Source: Thermoanaerobaculia bacterium (GTDB lineage: Bacteria; Acidobacteriota; Thermoanaerobaculia; UBA5066). From it: a DNA stretch of 64,000 nucleotides. The DNA is taken from positions 96,001 to 160,000 of the forward strand of contig CAWFJJ010000024.1 in assembly GCA_963816185.1 (NCBI GenBank), in the 5' to 3' direction. Under the pieces are notes generated by a model, which was given only the letters and a program-made list of their open reading frames with translations, was not told the DNA's origin and ran no database searches. Positions within the stretch are counted from its first letter, which is position 1, and the number at the start of each line of letters is the position of its first letter. A program made the translations under genes and the position numbers. Shown piece after piece: positions 1-8,077 of this stretch.

Positions 1-128
1 CGTCAGGCTGCGAGGCCTTCTCGACGAGTTCCGCCAGGCCGCGAAACGGCGTCGGGCGCAATGATTCAGATTGGGGATATCCTTCGCGTCTCGGTGAAGA
101 TCTTCTGCGACGACACTGGAGGAACGAG

Positions 129-476
129 ATGAAGAAGACGACAGTGGCTGTTTCTGCTTTCCTTGCGTTCTGCGTCGGCACGACGCTGCTCGCGAACCTC
201 GACAACCAGAAAGCCTTCGTGACGAAGTATCCCGACGCCAAGGCCAAGCTGGGCAAGTGCTCGACGTGTCACGTGAAGCCTCTTCCGAAGAAGGAAGACC
301 ATGTGCTGAACCCGTATGGGAAGGACGTCCTGACGAAGGCGGCCGACGACCCGAAGGCCGTGAAGAAGACATTCAAATTCGAGAAGATCGAGGGGCTCGA
401 CAGCGACGGCGACGGCGTGAAGAACATCGACGAGATCAAGGCCGGCACGAACCCCGGCGACTCGAAATCCAAGTAG
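129..476 (+). CDS. Secreted monoheme cytochrome c with C-terminal Ca-binding (TSP3/EF-hand-like) repeat
   Basis: Sec-type signal peptide, single CSTCH heme motif, LNPYG motif, DSDGDGVKNIDEIKAGTNPGD repeat; GGAGG RBS upstream. Confidence 0.8.
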   Translation: MKKTTVAVSAFLAFCVGTTLLANLDNQKAFVTKYPDAKAKLGKCSTCHVKPLPKKEDHVLNPYGKDVLTKAADDPKAVKKTFKFEKIEGLDSDGDGVKNIDEIKAGTNPGDSKSK

Positions 477-480
477 GCTG

Positions 481-936
481 ATGGGTTCGGAGCCCGTCAC
501 GCGGCGTCGCTGGATCGACGTCCTGCTCGGTACCAGCTTCGCCGCGTGGATGGGGGCCGTCGTCTATCCGGTCCTCAAGTACCTCACGCCGCTCAAGGAC
601 GGAGGCGGCTCGAACAAGGCCACGCTCAACGACGCCCAGAAGAACGAGCTCTCGAGCAACGGGTTCCTGATCGCCCGCGTCGGCACGGACCGCGTGCTGC
701 TCTTCAAGGACAAGAAGCAGAAGCTGAAGGCTCTTTCGGCCAAGTGCACGCACGAGGGCTGCACGGTCCAGTTCGTGCCGGCCGACGGCATCATCTGGTG
801 CGCCTGCCACAACGGGAAGTTCTCCCTCGACGGCCGCGTCATCTCGGGGCCGCCGCCCCGGCCGCTGGCGGCCTTCACGGTGGAAGGCGACCTCAAGGGA
901 GTCGTGACCGTGATCAAGCCGGGGAGCACCGCATGA
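481..936 (+). CDS. Rieske 2Fe-2S subunit of a Rieske/cytochrome b complex
   Basis: Tat-like TRRRW anchor, CTHEGC and CACHNG boxes, GPPPRPL motif; stop overlaps ATG of cytochrome b (ATGA). Confidence 0.93.
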   Translation: MGSEPVTRRRWIDVLLGTSFAAWMGAVVYPVLKYLTPLKDGGGSNKATLNDAQKNELSSNGFLIARVGTDRVLLFKDKKQKLKALSAKCTHEGCTVQFVPADGIIWCACHNGKFSLDGRVISGPPPRPLAAFTVEGDLKGVVTVIKPGSTA

Positions 937-3900
937 GCGACGAGCGCGATTCCGCGCCTGCCCCGGCTTCCGCTCCCGCGCGGATCTGGCGAATGCTGGA
1001 CGAGCGGTTTCAGCTCTCGGGCCTCGTCACGTTCCTCGGCCACAAGGAAGTGCCCGTCGGCTCGCACTCGATGGTCTGGTATTACCTCGGCGGCGTCTCG
1101 CTTTTCTTCTTCGTCGTCCAGATCGCCACCGGAATCCTCCTCCTCATGAACTATCAGGTGGGGGAGAACACGTCCTACGAGAGCATGAAGAACCTCGTGG
1201 GCCGTGTGCCGTTCGGCTGGCTCATCCGCTCGATCCATTGCTGGTCGGCACACCTCATGAGCCTCGCGGTCCTCGCGCATCTCTTCAGCGTTCTCTTCCT
1301 GAAGGCCTATCGCAAGCCGCGCGAGCTGACCTGGTACACGGGCTTCGCGATGCTCGGGATCGTCCTGGGTTTCGGGTTCTCCGGCTACCTGCTTCCGTGG
1401 AACGAGCTCAGTTATTTCGCGACCGCCGTGGGGACCGACTCGGTGAAGTCCGTTCCTCTCGTCGGGCCCTGGATGCTCCGCGTCCTCAGGGGAGGCGAAG
1501 AGGTGTCGGTCCAGACGCTGTACCGGTTCTTCGCGCTCCACGTCTGCATCCTTCCGCTCGTCATGGGGGCGTTCATAGGCGCCCACCTGCTTTTCATCCA
1601 GAGGCAGGGGATGGCCCAGCCGCTCGAAGAAGGGCCTTCGCGCGAGACGAAGCCGCGGCCGCGCGGCATGCCGTTCTTCCCGAATTTCGCGATGCGCGAC
1701 CTGCTCCTGTGGGTGATCTGCCTGAACATCCTCGCGCTCCTCGCGGTCGCCCTTCCGTTCGGACCGAAGATCCCGGGGATGGAATGGGAGCTCGGGGCGA
1801 AGGCGAACCCGCTGAAACCGGCGTATCCGGGCATCAAGCCCGAGTGGTACTTCCTGTCCGTCTATCAGATGCTTCGGGAATTCCCGGCGCATCTTCTCGG
1901 GATGGAAGGGCCGCAGGCCTGCCTGCTCCTCGCGAGCATCCTCGGGGCGATCGCGTTCGCGATCCCGCTCCTCGACCGGAACGCGGCGAAGGGAAAGCCG
2001 AGCCCGCTCTTCACGGATCTTGGCGTCGCCGGACTCCTCTTCCTCGGGTTTCTCACCCTCAAGGCGTGGGACGTGGGCGTCCATGTACCGCACGGAAAGG
2101 ACCCGGCAGGCGACCCCGCGATGGCCGTGACGATCGCGCGGACCGCGGCGATCTGGATCATCGGGATCGGGCTCGCCGCGATGGCGCTCCGGCGCCTGAA
2201 ATGGGGACACTCCGCGTTCTCCTTCACCGCCGCCGTCCTCCTGCAGGCGGCGCTGAACGGATTCACGCGTCTGAGCTGGCTCGCGAGCGGGGGAGTCGCC
2301 CTCGCCGTCCTCGCCGTGCTGCTCGTCGCCGGGCGGGCTCGCCGCGGTGCGTCCGCCGCGGTGCTCTTGGTTGTCGCCTTCGCCGCGCCTTCGCGGGCGC
2401 GTGCGGACGAGAAAACAGCCGCGCCCGCGCCGGCAACCGCGTCGGTGCCGGGGCACATCGTCGAGGAAGCCTGGCCCGCCGAGTTTCAGAAGCTCTTCAC
2501 GGAAGAGGACAAGAAGACGGGCCCGGTCCTGAACGAGAAGGCGAAAGCCCGATTCCGAAGCCTGCCCAGCCACGCGCAGGAGCTGTTCTTCGCGGCCGCG
2601 AAGGACGGAAGGCTCGCGTCCGGAGCCCACCTCGCGACGCTCCTCGCGCTGGACATCGACGACCGCAAGGTCGAGCTGATCATGGGCGACAACTGCGTCC
2701 TCTGCCACTCGAACCCGGACCTGCCGGACGAGATTCTCTTCAAGCCGCGCGAGAAAGGCGATCCGAACGCCCACCTCGATCTCCGCGAGATCGTGAGCGA
2801 CGTCCACTTCCGCGGCGGGCTCATGTGCGCGGGCTGCCACGGGGGAAAGCCCACCGACACCGAGATGTCGGCGGAGATCGCCAAGCGCTGGCCCGCGTCG
2901 GAGATCCGGCACAAGGACCGCTCGTGGATCCCGGAATTCTGCGCCCGCTGCCACTCGTCGAGCGAGTTCATGCGGGGCTACAACCCGTCCCTTCCCGTGG
3001 ACCAGCTCGTCAAGTACCGGACGAGCAAGCACGGGCAGCTCCTCCTCGGGAAGAAGGACTCGAAGGCCGCGCAGTGCGTGAGCTGCCACGGCGTGCACGG
3101 GATCCGGCCGCCCGACAGCACGAACTCTCTCGTCTATCGCGAGAACATCCCGGCGACCTGCGGCAAGTGCCACGCGGACGCGGCCTACATGAAGGGCTAC
3201 ACGCTCGACGACGGGGTGACGCCGATCCCGACGAATCAGCTCGAGCAGTACAAGAAGAGCGTGCACGGCCTCGCGCTCCTCGGAAAGCACGACGCGGGCG
3301 CGCCCGCGTGCAACGGCTGCCACGGGAACCACGCGGCGCTTCCGCCGCAGGTTGCTTTCGTGTCACAGGTCTGCCGGACCTGCCATGCCGCGAACGGGAG
3401 TCTCTTCGACGGAAGCCCGCACAAGAAGGCGTTCCAGGCGCACGGCTGGCCCGAGTGCGAAACGTGCCACGGAAAGCACGACATCGCGACCCCCACCGAC
3501 GAGATGCTCCGCGACGCGCCCGCAGGCCCTCTGCCACTCGTGTCACGCGAAGTTCGGCAAGCCGATATGCGACGAGACGGCGCGGTTCTTCTATGCGTCC
3601 ATCACGTCCCTTCGCGAGTCGCACGAAGCCCTCGGGAAGGACATCGACCGGCTTGCGGAGCGCGGCTTCGACGTCGACGAGCTGCGATTCCAGTCGAGCG
3701 CCGTGACCGACGCGCTCCGCAAGACGCGCCTCGGCATCCACACGTTCGACCGGAGCGACTTCATTCGCAACTCCGAGGCGACGTCCGCGGCCGAGACGAC
3801 CCTCCGAAACGCCGCGGCCGCCGTCTGGGCCGAGTACCGCTTCCGCCGGAACGGCCTCATCCTCGCGAGCGGCCTCATTTCGGCGTTCGCGGTCCTCCTC

Positions 3901-3945
3901 TACCTGAAGATCCGGCAGGTCGACCGCAACTCGCACCCTGAATAG
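933..3945 (+). CDS. Cytochrome b (b plus subunit IV) fused to a nonaheme cytochrome c with C-terminal TM helix; one apparent frameshift at ~3520
   Basis: GWLIRSIHCWSAH, KPRELTW, GYLLPW, RFFALH, PEWY motifs, then CxxCH x8 (CVLCH, CAGCH, CARCH, CVSCH, CGKCH, CNGCH, CRTCH, CETCH); a ninth (CHSCH) plus TM helix follows in the 3352..3945 frame after an extra C in GCGCCCGCAG. Confidence 0.85.
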
Positions 3946-4017
3946 GGCGTTTGGATCATCAAATAGGGCGTCTGAATCATTGGCGGAGGTCCGCCCGCGG
4001 CCCATCGTCCCCTGATC

Positions 4018-4489
4018 ATGAATAGGTTCCTGAAGGACAAGGAACATCTCGTCCGCATGGCGGCGCTGTTCGCCGCGGGCGTGGTTCTCTTCCTGATCCT
4101 CCAGGCGGTGCTCGTGCCGAAGGGATTCGGCGTCTATGGCCACTACCGTGCCGGGGCTCTCGCGGACAACCGCGCGCGCGCGCCGCGCTTCGCGGGCCGA
4201 GCCGCCTGCATCGAATGCCACACGGACGAGCGGGACGCGCTGAAGGGCGGCAAGCACGCTGGCCTCGGCTGCGAGGCCTGCCACGGGGCCCTCGCAAAGC
4301 ACGCCGAGGATCCCTCCGCGGGCAATGCGTTCAAGCCCGACCCGAAGGACGATCTGCTTCACCTGCCACCTCGTGAACGTCGCGAAGCCGAGGAAGTTCC
4401 CCCAGATCGACCCGAAGAGCCACTTCGACGGCGGGGCCTGCAACGGCTGCCACTCTCCGCACGCCCCGGACAAGGAGCCCGCGAAATGA
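4018..4489 (+). CDS. Membrane-anchored tetraheme cytochrome c; apparent frameshift at ~4348
   Basis: N-terminal TM helix, CIECH, CEACH; after removing one G the frame reads ICFTCH...ACNGCHSPH and stops at TGA 4487-4489, overlapping the next ATG. Confidence 0.8.
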
Positions 4490-5247
4490 GTTCCGACCGC
4501 CGCGACTTCGTGCTCACGGCCGGAAAGCTCCTCGTGCTGACGGCACCGGCGGCCGCCTACCTCGAGGCCGTGGAGACCGGCAAGGCGGAAGAGCCCGCCT
4601 ACAAGATGGCCGAGCACTACTGGGGAATGATCGTCGACGTCGAGAAGTGCATCGGCTGCGGCAATTGCGTGAGGGCCTGCAAGACCGAGAACGACGTGCC
4701 TCTCGAGCCCACCTTCTTCCGCACGTGGGTGGAGCGGTATCACGTCGCAGGCACGGCGGAGGAGCATCCCGACGTCGACTCGCCCGACGGCGGCTACAAC
4801 GGTTTCCCCGAGAAATACGCGGCCGGAGACGGCGCCAAGAGCTTCTTCGTGCCGAAGCTCTGCAATCAATGCGCGCACTCGCCCTGCACCCAGGTGTGCC
4901 CCGTGGGCGCCACGTTCGAAAGTCCCGACGGCGCGGTCCTCGTGGACAAGACCTATTGTCTCGGCTGCCGCTACTGTGTGCAGGCCTGCCCGTACGGGTG
5001 CCGGTTCATCGATCCGCGCACGAAGACGGTCGATAAGTGCAACCTGTGCTACCACCGCATCACGAAGGGCCTCACGACGGCTTGCTGCGAGAGCTGTCCC
5101 ACGGGCGCGCGGCAGCTCGTCGACCTCAAGGACCCGAAGGACCCGGTCCACGAGTTCCTGAGGACGCACAAGATCCAGGTCCTGAAGCCGCAGATGGCCA
5201 CCGGGGCGAAGGTCTTCTACAACGGCCTCGACGGGTCGGTGAGGTAG
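4486..5247 (+). CDS. NrfC/PsrB-like 4x[4Fe-4S] ferredoxin subunit, Tat-exported
   Basis: MSSDRRDFV Tat signal; CIGCGNCVRAC, CNQCAHSPCTQVC, CLGCRYCVQAC, CNLC..CCESC. Confidence 0.9.
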   Translation: MSSDRRDFVLTAGKLLVLTAPAAAYLEAVETGKAEEPAYKMAEHYWGMIVDVEKCIGCGNCVRACKTENDVPLEPTFFRTWVERYHVAGTAEEHPDVDSPDGGYNGFPEKYAAGDGAKSFFVPKLCNQCAHSPCTQVCPVGATFESPDGAVLVDKTYCLGCRYCVQACPYGCRFIDPRTKTVDKCNLCYHRITKGLTTACCESCPTGARQLVDLKDPKDPVHEFLRTHKIQVLKPQMATGAKVFYNGLDGSVR

Positions 5248-5251
5248 CGCC

Positions 5252-6430
5252 ATGGAAGAAGGGCTTCGCCACGCGGTTCAGGGTTTCATGTACCCCAACG
5301 AGGTCGAGCTCCAGTGGAGCATCCTGATCGTCCTTTACCCGTTCACGACCGGACTCGTCGCCGGCGCCTTCATCCTCGCGTCGCTCGAGCGCGTCTTCAA
5401 CGTGGCGGCGGTCAAGCCGACGTACCGGCTCGCGCTCCTGTCCGCGCTCGCGTTCCTCCTCGTGGCGCCGCTGCCGCTGCAGCTTCATCTCGGCCACCCC
5501 GAGCGCTCCCTCGAGATGTACCTCACGCCGCACACGAGCTCGGCGATGGCGATGTTCGGGTTCATCTATCTCTGGTATCTCATGGCGGTTCTCGTCCTCG
5601 AGATCTGGCTCGACTACCGGAAGGACATGGTCCTCCTGGCTCGTTCCGAGACCGGCTGGAAAAGAACGCTCTACCGGGTTCTCACCCTCGGCGTGGACAA
5701 CATCAGCGAGGAGTCCCTCCGCATCGACGACAAGCTGGGACGTTTCATCACGATCGTGGGCATCCCCTCGGCCTTCCTCCTCCACGGGTACGTCGGGTTC
5801 ATCTTCGGCTCCGTCAAAGCGAACCCCTGGTGGTCCACGCCCGTGATGCCGATCGTGTTCCTCTTCTCGGCCATCGTGTCGGGCATCGCCCTCGTGCTCC
5901 TCATGTACATGCTCGTCTGCTTCCTGAAGGGCATTCCCATCGACATCCCGTGCGTGGACACGATCGCCCGCTACCTGATGTACGCGTTCCTGATCGACTT
6001 CTCGCTCGAGATGCTCGATCTGATCCACCGCATCTACGAGGCGGATGAATCGTTCAAGAGCCTCGACTTCATGGTTCACACGCGGCTCTACACCTCGCAG
6101 ATCCTCGTGCAGATCATCTTCGGCACGATCGTCCCGATCTCCATGCTGGCCTTCATTCAGGTCGTGAAGCTGAGCGAAGCGGCCCGAAAGGGCATCTACG
6201 TCCTCGCCGGCCTGCTCACGCTCATGGGAATCTTCGCGATGCGGTGGAACGTGGTCATCGGAGGTCAGCTCTTCTCGAAGAGCTTCCTCGGGTACACGAC
6301 GTACAAGATGGCGTTCGCCACGAGGGAGGGGCTGCTCCCGGCGATCGTCCTGATGATCCTTCCGTTCGGAATCCTCTGGGTTCTCGTCAAGATCCTGCCG
6401 CCCTTCGAAGAGGAGAAGGCGGCCGTCTGA
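5252..6430 (+). CDS. NrfD/PsrC-family quinone-interacting membrane subunit
   Basis: WSILIVLYPFTTGLVAGAF start, HLGHPER motif, multiple TM helices, RWNVVIGGQ; follows NrfC-like gene. Confidence 0.9.
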   Translation: MEEGLRHAVQGFMYPNEVELQWSILIVLYPFTTGLVAGAFILASLERVFNVAAVKPTYRLALLSALAFLLVAPLPLQLHLGHPERSLEMYLTPHTSSAMAMFGFIYLWYLMAVLVLEIWLDYRKDMVLLARSETGWKRTLYRVLTLGVDNISEESLRIDDKLGRFITIVGIPSAFLLHGYVGFIFGSVKANPWWSTPVMPIVFLFSAIVSGIALVLLMYMLVCFLKGIPIDIPCVDTIARYLMYAFLIDFSLEMLDLIHRIYEADESFKSLDFMVHTRLYTSQILVQIIFGTIVPISMLAFIQVVKLSEAARKGIYVLAGLLTLMGIFAMRWNVVIGGQLFSKSFLGYTTYKMAFATREGLLPAIVLMILPFGILWVLVKILPPFEEEKAAV

Positions 6431-6479
6431 GCTCCTGTCCGCAGGGGCGCGGGAAACGCGACATCAGGAGCTGACCGCC

Positions 6480-8027
6480 ATGGACGACCCGGTCTCCAGG
6501 CTCGAGAAGGAGGTCGCGGAGCTGGGCCGTTTGCTCCGGTCTGTGGAGGCGCGCGTGGCCGCGCTCGAGGGAAAGGGGGAGGCCTCGCCCGCTCCGGCCC
6601 TCGAACCTGTCCGTGTACTCCCCGCGGCGACGGAGCCGACAGGCCCCTCGATCGTCGCCCTCGCGGGCCGCTGCCTTTTCGTCCTGGCAGGGGCGTTCCT
6701 CATACGCGCTCTGACCGACTCGGGCGCGTTCCCGCGCGCTTTGGGGGTCGCGCTGGGTCTGGCGTACGCACTAACGTGGCTCATCCTCGCAGACCGATCC
6801 GGGCGGGCGGGCTCTGCCGCGGCCGCGACCGCGTGGGGCGCGACGGCGCTCGTCATCGCGTGTCCCCTCGTTTGGGAGGCCGCGACGCGCTTCGATGTGC
6901 TCCGGCCGACGGCTGCAGCAGCCGTGCTCTTCGCAGCGGGCGCCGCCGCCCTCGGCGCGTCCGTTCATCGCAACCTCCGCGCGCTGGCCTGGGTCTCCGT
7001 GCTCTTGGTTCTCCCGACCGCGTGCCTCCTCCTGGTCTCGACGCACGCCCTCGTCTCCTTCGGCGCGCTTCTGGTCGTCGTCGCCGCGGGAGCCGAGGCG
7101 GCCTCGGTCCGCCGTGACTGGCCCGGCCTCCCGTGGCTGCCGGCCGTCGTCGCGGATCTCGTCGTTCTCGAGGCCGTCTGGATCGCCGCGCGCCCTGAAG
7201 GGCTGCCCGAGGTGTACGCGGGCCTTTCCAGGGGCGCCGTCCTCGCGCTCGCTCTCGCGCTCTTCGCCGCTTCCCTCGCGGGAACGGCTCGGCGCGCGTT
7301 CGGCCGCACGGAGACGCCCGACGCCTTCGAGGCCGTTCAGCTCGGAGCGGCCCTGTTGCTCGTGGTCTTCGCGGTCTCGCGGCTCACCCCGTTGGCGGGC
7401 CTTCCGCCGTCTCTCGTCTGGGCCGTTGCCGGATTCGTGGCGGCCGTCGCGCCGGCCCGCGCCGTCGGCTCGACGGCTCCGGCGTACGGCGGTGTCATGC
7501 TTCTGACGGCGGTGATTGTCTCCGGACTGGCCGGGTTCGTCCGGGATGCTTTCGTCGGTTCGCCCGCCGCCGGGAGGCCGGCCACGAGCTCCCTCGTCGT
7601 TCTCGTCCTCTCCGCTGCTGCGACGGTGCTTCTCGCGGGGCGTCTGCGGGCAGGCTCCGGGGGAGCCGTCGTGCGCGGGGCGATGTTCACGCTCGCGTGC
7701 GTCTCGATCGCGGGGGCAGGCGCACTGGCCGTACTCGCCCTGGCTCTCCTCGTCGCTCCCGACGGGGAGCCGGGCCGTACCGCCGCGGCGCGTGGCGCCG
7801 TCCTGGCCGCCGCTTCGGTGCTGCTCGCCTCGCTCAGGCGCCTCCCGACTCTCGCCCCCCTCGCACGCCTCACCTACCCGGTACTCGCGGTTGCCGGGCT
7901 CAAGCTGCTGATCGACGATCTCCCGCATGGACGCCCGAGCACGCTCGTTGTGACTTTCGTCCTGTACGGCGCCGCCCTGATCGTCGTGCCCCGGATTCTG
8001 CGGGCGGCGCGCCGGCCGGCGGGCTGA
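6480..8027 (+). CDS. Polytopic membrane protein (DUF2339-like), function unknown
   Basis: Coiled-coil N-terminus (RLEKEVAEL..VEARVAALE) then ~14 hydrophobic segments; KLLIDDL motif near C-terminus. Confidence 0.6.
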   Translation: MDDPVSRLEKEVAELGRLLRSVEARVAALEGKGEASPAPALEPVRVLPAATEPTGPSIVALAGRCLFVLAGAFLIRALTDSGAFPRALGVALGLAYALTWLILADRSGRAGSAAAATAWGATALVIACPLVWEAATRFDVLRPTAAAAVLFAAGAAALGASVHRNLRALAWVSVLLVLPTACLLLVSTHALVSFGALLVVVAAGAEAASVRRDWPGLPWLPAVVADLVVLEAVWIAARPEGLPEVYAGLSRGAVLALALALFAASLAGTARRAFGRTETPDAFEAVQLGAALLLVVFAVSRLTPLAGLPPSLVWAVAGFVAAVAPARAVGSTAPAYGGVMLLTAVIVSGLAGFVRDAFVGSPAAGRPATSSLVVLVLSAAATVLLAGRLRAGSGGAVVRGAMFTLACVSIAGAGALAVLALALLVAPDGEPGRTAAARGAVLAAASVLLASLRRLPTLAPLARLTYPVLAVAGLKLLIDDLPHGRPSTLVVTFVLYGAALIVVPRILRAARRPAG

Positions 8028-8077
8028 TGGGTTTGCACCATAGCGGCCGGCGCCCGCGATCCGGAGAATCCGGGTCC

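Noticed and set aside
546-932. N-terminal extensions of ORFs 546..3941, 7697..11047 and 46551..48179
   Set aside because: They overlap upstream genes out of frame; homology and RBS/coupling point to starts at 933, 8078 and 47127.
4018-5247. Apparent cytochrome c-NrfC fusion (409-aa ORF)
   Set aside because: Artefact of an extra base at ~4348; the corrected frame has two more CxxCH and stops at 4489, and NrfC has its own Tat signal at 4486.
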